From NCBI GenBank assembly GCA_047967505.1, contig CM106538.1: 64,000 bases of DNA; one strand, written 5' to 3'. This document shows positions 25,401 through 39,000 of the stretch, one piece after another (position 1 is the first letter of the stretch; each line of letters begins with the position of its first letter). The DNA comes from Dipteris shenzhenensis. Taxonomy: Eukaryota. The translations under genes and the position numbers were made by a program. A model generated the notes under the pieces. The model did not search any database. It worked only from the letters and a program-made list of their open reading frames with translations, and had not been told where the DNA came from.

Positions 25401-28400
25401 TTCACAGGTAGATGATCAGAGTGGTAGGACGTTTGGGGAAGGAGTGGCACATTGACCCTCCGAGTATCTCAGAGCAAGACACCTCTAGATGGCACCTTTG
25501 GCTGTGGGAGGGTAGACCCCTGAGGGAGGTCGAGTGGGATCCAGGAGAGTGGTTCTGGCCCTCCAGGGGCAGTCTAGTTGAGCTGGTGGATGAGGTGACC
25601 TGCTTTTCCTACACCACACGGATTGGTAGGAGGCTTTAGATGGACTCGTCGAGGTGAACCCCCTCAAGGGAGAGACATTGGGCGACCCAGAGAGTGCCCC
25701 AGGATGTTTGCTCCAGGTTTTGGATGCGGTTGTGGTCCAGCTTGCGACCGAGGAAGATCTCATACTTCTTCTAGCTGGCCGCCGACGGAGGCTTGCCCAT
25801 CAGACTGTGGTTGGACCAGATGCGAGTGGAGGGGCAATGCCATTGTTGCTTCGATGGTGTCCTGGAGACTATCCTGCATTTCCTGTAGAGCTGTCGTATC
25901 TTGGTTGACCGAGGGAGGACACACGTTTCAGATTGATGAGATCTCCCCAGCCTACCGGATACAGGGTCATAGCATCCAGAGTATTGCACTCCATGAGGCT
26001 GTCTCTCCTGACAGCCTAGCTCCTCCTCCTAGGGAGGACTATGTTTGGGAGGTGGTAGCCAGCATCATGGCTTGGAACATTTGGGTGGCTCGCTGCAGTC
26101 TTGTGATGGGAGCACCCGGTTCCACCCTCGGCTACCCTAGTTGCCATCTAGCAGGATATCATTTACACTCTACGGTCCACCTGGGAGCATGGGACTCCAG
26201 GCTCCAACGCGACTATCGAGAGGCGTGCTCGTTTCTGCAAGGCTTGGCCTGCAGGAGTTTTCTACATCTTCACTTTGCGAGGGATTCGCTGGCTGTATAG
26301 TCCCCCCACTTGGCTGTTAGCCCCAGTTCCATAGATCCCCTAGGCAGTGAGCTGGGTTTCTCTGGAACAAGCTGGTTTCTTTCTTTCAGCCTTTTCCAGT
26401 TTTTTCCATACTCAGCACCTTCGGGGCTGCGGGGCTGCTGTCTTGTATGAAATCTTTCAAGCATTTATAGAAGGTTCCTTTCTTTGAAAAAAAAAAAAAA
26501 AGTCATCTCAGTGAGGCCAAAGCCAAGCTAGCTAGAAATCCCATAATTTTCCAAAAATTTCACCAGGATGTTTTGTTGGTATAGGAAAGGATAAAAGGCA
26601 CACAATAGTTTTTAACTTCTTCCCGAGTCACTTTGATATGTTTGGTCTCATAATCATGTGTGCAATATTAACTCAAAGTGTAGTATGTAAGACTACTTGT
26701 AGAGATGCAGTGTAAACTCGGCTGATCAGTCCTGTGATAATATACCGGGGAAAAACCGTGCAATGGCAGAAATGGTGCTCTTGTTAACTGCTGATTCCTG
26801 CAGTCATGGCTTTACTTTCTGAATAAATGATCTTCTGCAGAGGTTGCTATCTATGCCATGGAGCTGCTTCCAGCATTTTCTTTGTACAGAGGACTATATG
26901 AATTTTCTCAGTATGCGTTTATTGGGAATTATAAAGGCACAAATGGTATGCTGTGGAGCAATCTGAATGACCCTGCAAATGGTTTGAGACAAGCTATTGG
27001 AATAATGGTAGTTGAATGGTTCTTATTTTTACTACTTGCATACTACTTGGATCAAGTCGTAGCTTCTGGAAATGGTCTGAAGAGGGACCCTCTCTTTTTT
27101 TTAAAAAGTATCTTACAAAGAAAGAGAGGAATTGCCAGAGGGCGCAGTTCAGGCATTACAGGTTCTCATATAAATGTTGACTTGCAAAAATATGATGTTG
27201 CTCAGGAGGTAATGAATGCTGCTGACCTGTAGGTTCTACTCCTATAACGTTTCCTGTGACTAGGGATTTTAATATTTATTTTTATTGCTATATATTTTCA
27301 GAGGGAAGCAGTTGACAAGATCTTGTCAAGCTCTGGTTCATCCCATGCTATTGTATGTGATGATTTAAAAAAAGTGTACCCAGGAACGGATGGAAATCCT
27401 GACAAGTTGGCTGTCAGAAGACTCTCTCTTGCTATACCATATGGTGAATGTTTTGGAATGCTTGGGCCTAACGGTGCTGGGAAAACATCAAGTATAAATA
27501 TGGTAGGAAATTTTCAGATGGGAACAAAAGAAATTTGTCGTATGAAATTTATTAATAACATATTGACCTCATAGGGAAGCAATCATCTACTTCTTTTTGC
27601 TAAGTAGCTCTGGAATTTTAGCACTACACTGGCCCAATGGGTTTTAATCCATGAAGGCTCTAAGCTGTTCAGTGAATATAACATGTTTGTGTTCACAGAT
27701 GACTGGGCTTTTAGCTCCAACTTCAGGAACTGTCTTGATAGAAGGGCTGGACATTCGGAAAGACCTAGACAAGATTTATCCATGCATGGGAGTCTGCCCT
27801 CAACACGAGTGAGTCTTAATTTTTTTCTATATGTTTTCTTTTACAAATGTGTTTATTTTGCAACTCGGGAAAGCTACTTCTGGCCTGGGAGATGGATATT
27901 TTTTGTCATATAGTATGTTATCATTTGGCTGACTTGCAGCCTTCTATGGGGAACACTTACTGGAAGGGAGCACCTACTATTTTATGGAAGGCTCAAAAAC
28001 TTAAAGGGTGCTGCATTAAGAAATGTGAGATCCATAATTACCAATAATCAATAGTGAAATAATTTCCGAATTCTATCAGTTTCTGGTGTCAGACTAGGGT
28101 TCCATGTTGTACAAAGGTCCCATGAACCCTGAAACACTAGCAGATGGGGTAGCCATTACCTTTTTGTATTTTAGCATTATTCTTCTCAGTTCTCTTTAAA
28201 GAATGGTAACACTGGTGCTTATTTTGATAATTCAGGCAGTAGAGTCTTCTTTGAAAAGTGTGAATCTATTTAATGGCAAAGTTGGTGACAAGCAAGCTGG
28301 AAAGTACAGTGGAGGCATGAAGCGCAGGCTTAGCGTAGCCATTTCTCTAATAGGAGACCCAAGAGTAAGAGAGAAATCTTTTGAAGTCGACAAAATCATG

Positions 28401-31400
28401 TCTAATGTTTAAGTGGTTTGGGATGTTTACGGACTTGCTTCTAGGCAAGCGCATTGTTTCAATTTTGTAGTGTCTCACATTGCATTAACTGATGTGAGCT
28501 AAAACTGTCTCAAGGTGTCTCATTGAAGTCCCATTAAATTTTTGTGCACTTGGATAATAATGTCAGGTTGTGTACATGGATGAGCCAAGCACAGGACTTG
28601 ACCCTGCTTCAAGACGTAATCTTTGGGATGTGATTATGCATGCTAAACAAGATAGAGCAATTATTCTTACAAGTAAGACTTTACAAATTATATCTTAGTT
28701 ATTCGTGGAACAGTAGCTGAAACTGTTCCAACATAATAAATGACTTGAACTTTTATTGATTTCTAAGTACATATGAAAAGTTTGCATGCCAGCTTTTTTA
28801 TTCTTGAAAGAGTAGCTAAAACTTTGTCAAACTAATTTATTAAATTGAAGTTTTATTGGGCAGTTCACAAGTCCATGACGAGAAATTTGGCATGTCATAG
28901 TGTTTCCAGGGGCACATTTCTAGCACATAGAGATCACTCCTCTTTGATTCTCTAGTCTGACCAGTAGCCGTATATGCAGGTGCTTTCTAGCCAGTAGACC
29001 TCAGAGAGGACGAGTGGAGAGACTACAGTTCATGATGTTGTCCCACATGATCTAGGGGAAGGGATGTACTCCAATGACATTATCCTAGCAGAGTTTGCAG
29101 CGAGACCCCTCCACACAGAAGCCTCTTTCCAGATCATCTTCTATTGTAGACGTTCAGATGGACATATGTAGGACGTCGACGATTACTATGGCTGGCTCTC
29201 TCATCATCTATACAGCTTACAACTGAGGGAGAATGAGCAGTGCTGGTACGCAAGAGTCTCCTGATGGTTCCACTCACAGGGCATGTCTATTGACCACTCA
29301 CCACCATTCATCAAGTCATTAGGGATGATCTTTGGCAAATAGATACCCATAGGTCATGGGTATCTCCCCCACAGCCACATACAACGAAAATAGACTTCTA
29401 CAAAGAGTATTTCCTTCATCAGGGTATTTACAAATTCACCTTTCCCATGTAGTAGAGATCACCATGGGCCAGCTCAAGGATTGATCCCATAGATCGAGAC
29501 TGAGGCGGGACGTGACATTGCTCCCAACACTATTTCCAACACATAGGAGGTGGAGATGGGGGGACTACAAAATTTGGTTGAGATATCACTGTCTTTTCAC
29601 CCATAGGTACATAGAAAGATTGAGATGCGCTGCACTGTTCATAAACAGGTTTATTCAACTCAGGTCCAAACACATGAGGTCCACTGTAAAACTTGGCTCT
29701 AGACAACAGACTTCTTCTTAAGAGAAGATGTAATTGGAAGATGTGACCCGGACTTCCAAACATGACAAGTCTGCAAGAGACTGACACAGGCCCAGCAAGC
29801 ACTGGCTCTATTGAATGCATTGTCCTTGTGGCATCTCGACGTCAGATCACCTCATGCCACCCTTGAGTATACACTACATAGAGGAGTTAAGGGTGCTAGT
29901 AGCAGATCTTAGATATGCTCTAGAGACACTGTGACTCTTGGTGGGATCCCACTTGGGCCCACACAAATCCGGGTACTCATGACAATTGCATGACATATGA
30001 TGCATTGCTTAGGGCACTCATGACGATGCATGACATCTGATGCTTGATGTATGGAGGTATGATAGACACCTCTAGTTCCCACACGAGGGGTGTACTTTCA
30101 TGTTGTTTTATTCTTCTTGTGTCTCATAGGATTTTTTGGCCGTCTGTAGATGTTAATAAAGCCTTTCTTTCTTTCTTTCTTTTCTTTCTCCCCTCCCTCC
30201 AGAAGCCTAGCCACAATGGCTAACCTTCTACAAGTAGTCGGGGTGCGCTTTGATATTTATGACAGTTTGTGGTCTTTGAGCAAAGAACGCACCCCTTGTT
30301 TTGCTTATTAATGACCATGGGCCAGGGGGACATAAGCAGCTCCCTTGGGGTCAGTGGCTGGGGGAGATGTAAGGGTTGGAGCAATGACCCTCCCCTTTCA
30401 TAGAATTTGAAGCAAAAATCTCCAGGGCAGGTTTGCCTCTCTCCCTGTTCCTTTATGCTAGACCTGAGGGTGTAGGAGGCCAGGAGCACCTCTCACCCTC
30501 CTTTCTGCATTCAAGGACAGGTTCAGCTCCCACTGATGCCGATTCTTGGATCTGGTGAGGATTGGCAAGAGGGCAGGAGCATCCTTGTTAGCTACCATCT
30601 AGCCATAACAGCAGCATATTGCGATTAGTGGCCAATTGTGGAATGCTTTTTTTGGAAACATGCATTTGGTTTTGACGTAGCGCCAGTGCTTCTAGTAATT
30701 TTCTGCTCTAAAATTGTGCCGTCTAACTCGGCCACAAGGCTACTCACCACAAGTATTATGTGCTTGGATCTTTGCTATCTCTTCCTGTGAATATGGGCAA
30801 TAATTTGTTGGATTGACATTGCATTGAGAAACCATCTCCTTTCTCTCTCAGGTTAGCTCAGCCAAGAAAGAAAGAAAGTTTATTAAAGTCTTCGGAAGAC
30901 CGATGGGTCTATGAGACTGTGAAAATCCTGATACAACAAGCTGTGGTAGTGGAGCTACTAAACGAGCATCTATACCAATGCAAAATGCAAAAATGCAGAA
31001 TAACAGTACTAAGTCCTAAGTATAACATAGTCTTGTCGATGGTTGACTGTATATCAGTCTCAACATCGTCATCAATATCATCATCATCATCGGCAGCAGC
31101 AAGATATCAGGATGGATGGGGTAGTGGAGGCATGAAGTCGGCAATAGAGTGTTGTTGGCCACTCAGAGGTGCGGTCTTGGCACGTCTCTTGGTTGTAGCT
31201 CAATAAACCCTCTGTTTCCATGACCTCGCCTCCTCGATGATACATCTGAGCGTGAGAATGTGGTCCATGGTTCCATGATCACGCCGGAATGCGGCCTGTC
31301 CTACTGCTCTAAGTCCTCGACACTCTGCAAGTCTGCTAACCTCGGAGTCAAGTACTGATGCATAAATCTTGGACATGACATGTCCAATCATAATGGTCTT

Positions 31401-34400
31401 GTAGTTCTCCGAGCTCATGGGATCCCCTACCTTGTGGATGGGTGAGATAGTGTTAATGGTCCAAGTGTGTGGAAATCCCAAACAAACCGCTTCATTAAAA
31501 AGCGGTTTGTTTGGAAGAGATGGCTATTGTGGCCAGCAATAAAATTAATAAAGCAGATGTCTATGTAGAAGTTAAATAGTAGGAAGCAGTAGTACATAAC
31601 AAGAAGATACTACGCATTGGGGGGTTGCCCAAAGATTGCTGTGGCAGCTCTAGTGAGGATGTAACTGTCACAGAAGATGAGAAAATAATATGCCTCAAGA
31701 AGAATATACCTGAAATTGAATGGAATGAAAACCACATTAGCTACATCGCTCAAAAGGGAACACAAATGCAGGTTTATTTCAATGAAAGGATAGAGAGAGT
31801 CAATATCCTCCGACAGACAATAAGCTGAAGCATACAAAGATATGGATATCTGATGAGCTCACTCGGACTCAACTCAAACAAAAGAATAGTGAACTCACCA
31901 AATTCAAGGACGCACGTAAAGCTGGAAAATGGACAGTATATCGAGATGGAATAGCATTAAACCGAGAATTCAAATCTAATCCTAAAGACCCTCAGTCTTA
32001 AACTGATGTAATGAAGGCCTTCCTGATATAGGACTACAACTTAGAATTGTGCTTTAATAAGCTCGAGGTGAGTTGCCATGTCCGCTCCTCGATCCTCTTT
32101 GGTTTATCCAGATGATGTAAGGATTTATGTTTTGCACTTTGTCTCATAAACCCGTGAGGCTTTCTGTGAATTGTTAGAATATGAAGCCAAAGTGAGTCAA
32201 AAATGAGTGTACTAGGTGTCTAGTAGGTGTTCTATAGTCTAGTGAGTCCTATGGATGCCACGTGTCATATTGGGAGCTATCCCATATGCATAGGTGTTCA
32301 TATGTGTGTGTGTGTGCTCTTATATAAGAGTTGTACTTGTCTAGTGTCAAATCAATCAAGTATCAAGCTACAAGCTTTTTGGTCTACATGTGAGTACTCT
32401 CATTTTTGTTCATTGCTCTAGTCATTTCATTTCCATTTCATTATGTCTCCTTTTGAGTATCACTTCTCCTCTCCCTAGCCTACCCTCTCTCTCTCTCTCC
32501 CTCTTTCCACCATGTTTCTTCATGTGGTATCAGAGCCTCCCTTCCTACCTTCCCCTTCTTCTTGCTCTATCTAGAGGATGAGAGAAGCCCGCAAATGGAA
32601 GCTCCCCCCTCCTCTGTGAGTTCAGCTCACTCCCGCATCAGTTCGTGGTTCTCCCTCAGCATTGGCGGACATTCCTCATCAATTGGTCGCCAAAAACTTG
32701 TTTTGGAGCAGTCTAGCGGCTGTTTTTTGACCTTTTGAGGTCCGATTTCTACGTTTTTTGAAATTTTGGCACTTCCCAAACATAAACAACCCTGTCTCGC
32801 AGCTTTTCGAGGGAAAAATTTTTTTCCCCCGTTTTTCCTCCCGACGTACGGACGTTCATACAATTGTACGTGTATGAACGTCCGTACAGACCTCTACAGG
32901 TGGATGCGCGACAGTGCCAGGAGTCCGTACAACTTGTCAAAAGGCGATTCCGAGCAGTTTTAGGCTATTTTTTGGCATTTTTTGCTCAGATTTAGACTCT
33001 TGTGACCTCCAGTAGTGATTTGAGCTTCCCGAGCTTACCTACAAGTCATTTTGACTGTACTGACACTCCGGTACATTAACTTGAGGCTTCCGACAACAGG
33101 GAATAATTTTTTGACACCTCGTCATCTCTGACATTGCGGCAATGCGGTGTTTGACTGTCCCGAACAATCAAAGATCATTTCTCTGAGCCTCTTCTACGCA
33201 TTCGCCGATCAGCACATTGAGAGTCATGACGTGATCTATTATTCCTACAGCTTGATGTATTTTGGGGTCCTTTGCCCTGGGTAGTCCCCCTAAAATGATA
33301 TGTATTGGGTGTTTGGTTTTCATTGAGTCTAAAGGTCCTCTGCCTTGGATAGTCCTCCTAAAGAGATGTATTGGTTTTCCTATTTTGGTGTGTGGCTTCC
33401 TAACAAGTCATGTTATGAAGCAAAGGGGGGATGTACTGTGGGAGCCATATGTATTGGCTTTGATAGGTCTCGTTATCAGGCCTGGCCGAGTTCTAGGATT
33501 TTGGTGTATTCCTAGACCTATGAGCTGGTCATGTAGCCATGCTATAACGTGAGCCTTTGAGCATGTTGAGTCTCAAGCCATGAGAGTGCTTGGATCAACA
33601 AACTCTAAACACGCTCAGACTTTAGCCTCTGAGTTACATAGGGTGCACAATTTGATGACTGTCATTGTCATGTTGTGTTCTTGGTTCCATTCAGTAGTCT
33701 CTCACCTTGCCTTCATGGGGGGGTGTTGGAATATGAAGCCAAAGTGAGTAAAAAATGAGTGTACTAGGTGTCTAGTAGGTGTTTTATAGTCTAGTGAGTC
33801 CTATGGATGCCACGTGTCATATTGGGAGTTATCCCATATGCATAGGTGTTCATATGTGTGTGTGTGTGCTCTTATATAAGAGTTGTACTTGTCTAGTGTC
33901 AAATCGATCAAGTATCAAGCTACAAGCTCTTTGGTCTACATGTGAGTACTCTCATTTTTTGTTCATTGCTCTAGTCATTTCATTTCCATTTCATTATGTC
34001 TCCTTTTGAGTATCACCTCCTCTCTCCCTAGCCTATCCTCTCTCTCTCCATGCAGCTCGAGCACGCCTCACATGAGGATATGGTGCTCTGGCCCGGATAG
34101 AGCGACAGTGTTTCCAGGCGCACTTCCAGGACCCACCGACGAAGTGCTGGCTTTTCGACACCCTAGTGAGACCAACTGCCATGTATGTAGCACCGTTCTG
34201 GGGGTGTGATATTTCAGCAGCAGAGTGGAAGAGATTTGAGTGGCTACAGATAATCATGGGATCCAAGATGATTCGTAGTAAGCCCTCAGTCCCCCATCAG
34301 ACAGTACAGGCAGAGTTTGCTATGACCCCTCTTCAAATCGATGCCACCTTTTAGACAGTGACCTTCCTCCATAGAGTTTGGGACCTACCTCGTGAGAGGC

Positions 34401-36045
34401 TATCGAGACTGGCATTGGAATCCTCTATCCGACTGGCAGAGAGTGGGTTTGATACAGCATGGTATGTATGCGTCTCTGCTTGGTTTGCGAGTCATGGCAT
34501 TTAGATGAACAGGCTCCCTTCTTTTCAGTATAGCATGGATGGACCCCTGAGCTGATTCCGCGAGATGAGATTAACCGCATCATACGGTTAGACCTCCTCC
34601 AGCTTCACACACTTCGGACTTGTGGGGGGGGGGGACCAGGAGTTCCCCACCAAGACCCAGCTCTACTATGACCATTTCTTGAGAGTATCGGAGGATGGCC
34701 TCATCATCAAACCCCAATATCTTGAGGATAGAGGAGTCTCACATGCACTGAGGATTGCCATTGGACAAATGCGAGTCTCCTCCCATCAATTGAGGATTGA
34801 GGCAGGGAGAGCTACATGCATACATAGAGAGCAACGGACTTGTATGCTATGCACGATGGGTCAAGTCAAGACCTAGGAGCACTTTCTTTGTATGTGTCCT
34901 GCCTACTACGAGATCCGAGGGCACTACCATTGCCTTTTTCAGGAGGGACACGGGTTTGGCCCACTCTCACGACTGATCCACTTCCAAGATCAGGTCTGAA
35001 TTGGGCTCTTCCTGATGGAGATGCGGAGACATAGAGAGACACTACTGCGACGGATCAGAGAGCAACAGGATGCGACCACCACACAGGACACTAAGGTGGA
35101 CCGAGCGCAGAGGCAGGTCACCGACTTCTATGCATTTGAGTCAGCTCCAGGGCACTCGGGAGTAGAGGAGGAGGAGCTAGCTGACATGAGAGATAGATGG
35201 GTCAATAGAGGGAGTCGGCACGACACCACTACTGGACGAGGGTCACAGGGATCTCACATGCGACAGGAGACCAGAGCACACACGATTTAGGTTCGACCTA
35301 TCTCAGCTCTTCTCAGAGGCAACCGACAGAGGCGCGGCATTACACTTGACATAGCCCATCGGATCCAAAGATCGAGGAGACCACGCCCCCCACTACAGCG
35401 CCAGACAGCTCGACAGATGTAGATACATGAGCTCTTTGTGTCAGACTAGAGAGCTATCACGGAGCCTGGATCACGGAGCCTGGATACATGGAGCCAGATC
35501 ATGTTCTATGAGGATTAGCCCTGAGCGCCTGACATGCCTCACTCATGTTACACACTATTTGGCTTTTCTGGCCTGATTTGATATGATGTACTACATTAGT
35601 ATTTCAGTTTATGTGTTTTCTAGTACTCAGCGAGGGCCTTAGCGAGCCCTTTGCTCCAGCCCACTGTGGCTTGTATTTCTTTCTTTCTTTCTTTCTCTCT
35701 CTCCCGTCATTGTTTAGACCTGGGATACGTCCCACGGGAGTCACGGTGGCTCTGGTCTTGCATCGAGCCTCGTCCAGGAGACCGAGACGCACGGCACCCC
35801 TTGACGGGCGCCAGCGTCCCATCACCAGCTATGCACTAGCCAGGGCGACATGACATACGGAGGATTCCGCTCCGCTCCAGTCCTTTTCTTTTCATTGTTA
35901 CATCCAGATGTATTTGATTATGTATGATTAGACTTAGGATTCAACACGGGTGATGATGCTCGTTTCAGTAGCTCCACCCTTACTGTGATTTGTATCAGGT
36001 TTTCTTTCAATCTCATAGACCCATCGGTCTTCCGAAGACTCTAAT

Positions 36046-36089
<44 letters not shown>

Positions 36090-39000
36090 CCCCCCCCTCT
36101 CCCTCCCTCCCTCCCTCTCTCCCTTCCCCTCCCCCTCCCCCCGCCGCCCAGCCCTACGGGTTGTATCTCCCCCCTGCCTACGGTCCATAGTTCCCAAGAG
36201 TTTCGGAAGCTAGGAAACAGAAACGGGCTGGAAATGATGTTTCAAAGTTTCGGTCACCAAAAGAAATGGTGGAAATGGAGTTTCGGTTTTTAAGATTAAT
36301 AAAATATATATTATATATGTAATTATTATTAATACATATGTCATACAACAAGGCCTGAGAGGACAACAAGGAGGAGAGGAGACGGAAAGGGCTGAGGAGA
36401 GGGCAACGACAGAGGAGAGCAAGGAGGAGAGGAGAAAGAAAGAAAGAAAGAAAGTTTATTAAAGTCTTCGGAAGACCGATGGGTCTATGAGACTGTGGAA
36501 AACCTGATACAATGAGTTGTGGTGGTGGAGCTACTAAACGAGCATCCACACTAATGCAGAATGCAAAAAAATGCAAAATGGCAGTACTAAGTCCTAAGTA
36601 CAACATCATCGGCATCATCGTCGGCATCATAATCATAATCATCATCATCATCATCGTCAGCAACAGGGCATCAGGATGGACGAGGCTGTGGAAGTGGAGG
36701 CATGAGGTTAGCAATAGAACGTTGTTGCCCCCTCAAGGGTGTAGTCCTGGTACGTCTCTTGGTCATAGCTCTGCGTCTAACCAAGGCCACTGTGACCCCC
36801 GTCGTTCGGGCTCCGACCCTAAACAAGGAGGGGATGTCCCCAAGTGTGATCTGTGAGTCAACCCTTTGTTTGAGCTATCGGGTCACAGGCTCCAAGTCAC
36901 GGTCATGTCGAAGTCTCGCCTCGAGGGGGTCTATGTGATCTGGCTGAAAGAACTCCGTGATAGAGCTCTGAGAGGTATCAGTCGAGGGAGAAGGCTGCTC
37001 CTATCTCCATGCTCGGAGTATCTTATTGCGGTGTCTGAGCATCTCATGAATGAAACCAACCAAGCATTGTAGGTCTGGGTAGGAGAAGACACGGGCCAAC
37101 ATCCCATAACTATCTCTGAAGAGGCAGTAGAAACGCCCTCGGATCTCATAGTAAACAGGACACCTAAAGATGAAGTGCTCCTCTGTCTCAATCTCCTGCA
37201 TGTTACACAGTGTGCATATGCGCCTCTTCCTGGTTAACCGCTCTGCTCGGCCGCTCTCGATACGAAGTCTGTGTGAAGAGACCCAGAACTACCCAAGGGA
37301 GATCCTCAGCGAGTGGGGTAGGTGAATTTGTGTGTATCCTGGTGGATCAATGAAACCCTCCACTGTGATATGTAGGAAGTGATCTCTGTAGAAGCTCAGC
37401 TTCACTGGAAGATCACTCAGGCCCAACCAAGTCTGGAATGTGTGTAGTTGTAGTAGATCCTCACGGATAACCTGGTTGACCGCGTGTGATAGAGGGGAGA
37501 GAAAGGAGCATCCATACTGTACTGGAAAGGAGGTAGTCTGTCCATGTGGAGCCCTAGTCATGCAAACCATCTCTCTGTGCGTGCATACCAACACCTCTGA
37601 TGTCCCCCTGCTGCAAGTGTCATAGAAGAGGATGGTGCTAGCCATGGTATCCTGCTATGCCCGGATGTGTAATCCCCATACTCCCTGACTTGGTACAGAT
37701 ATGTAATGACCTGAAATGCAGCATCTAGCTGTAATGGGGGTGACCCAAACTTCGCCCGAATGATCTAGTGAGGGACAGATGGCTTACCACGGATCATCCG
37801 TGATAACATGAGAACCTGTAGCCGCTCCACCCTGGCCCACTCTATATCCAACAAATCTGGCCCCCAGCATGGGCTACCATACATCCCTGTAGGGCGGACC
37901 AAGGAGTCAAAAAGCAACCCTTTGGTCCGTGGATCCTGAAAATGAGAGTGGAAGCACTGTCTCTCTAGTCTATCCAATGAAGCATATCCTTTGCTCAGGC
38001 GCGCCTGCATCGTAGGTCTCATGGTGAAGGTGGGTCCGGAAAAGATGACCCCCAGATAAGTGTATGATGAAACTACCTCAACAGGGGACTCATCAAATGT
38101 GAAATGCTCATCGTGCATGACGACTCGAGATGTACTGAAGATCATAACCTTGGTTTTACCCGAGTTGACCTTCAAATCATGAGACTCACAAAAGGACTGT
38201 AGTGCGTCAAGGTGTCTCTGGAGCCCCTTTGTTGAGGAAGACAAGAGAGCCACGTCATCTGCATAAAGTAATATCCGGATCAGCGTGCCCGCGAGAGAGC
38301 AGCCTACCCCACCTTGTGCCTGCATCATTGTCTCGAGCTCGTCGATGTAGAGGCCAAACAAGGTAGGTGATAATGGGCATCCTTGTTTGACCCCGATAGT
38401 GCTCATGATCTCGTTTGTCCCTGTCCAGACTCTACTTGAAACTTGCTCATAAAGTGCCATGACAACCCAAATGATCTGCTGGTCATAACCCAGATCCTGT
38501 AGGCGTCGTCTGGGACGGGCTCTCGGAACGGTGTCAAATGCCTTGCAGAAGTCCACTAAGCAACAGTAAACCCTATGCTTCCGTGCCCTGGCCTCCTTGA
38601 TGATACATTTGAGCGCGAGAATGTGGTCCATGGTCCCATGATCCCGCCTGAAATCGGCCTGTCCCACTGCTCTGAGTCCTCGACAGTTTGCAAATCTGCT
38701 GACCTCAGAATCAAGTACTGATGCATAAATCTTGGACATGACATGTGCAATCATGATGGTCCCGTAGTTCTCCGGGTTCAAGGGATCCCCTACCTTGTGG
38801 ATGGGTGAGATAGTGTTGGAGAGGAGAGCAAGGAGGAGAGGAGAAAGAAAGAAAAAGAAAGAAAGTCTATTAACGTCCATTGGAGAGCAAAAGGTCTGTG
38901 GGACAGCAAGAAACCCTCTAGTACATCTGCTTTACGGAGGGCACATGGCAGCTTCCAAGGAGTGCAAAAAGCAACCCCAATTATTTAGAGTACCCACATG

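Noticed and set aside
30220-30560. Possible L1 ORF1 remnant on minus (FCFKFY..SPWP)
   Set aside because: Similarity is too weak to call without a profile search.
32172-32522. Retrozyme (hammerhead-containing LTR), suggested by LTR size, Met PBS and non-coding interior
   Set aside because: No CTGAnGA...GAAA hammerhead core was found on either strand of the LTR.
32525-32536. tRNA gene (also 56959-56970, 60111, 61798)
   Set aside because: These are primer-binding sites complementary to the tRNA-iMet 3' end; no cloverleaf or Pol III boxes were seen.
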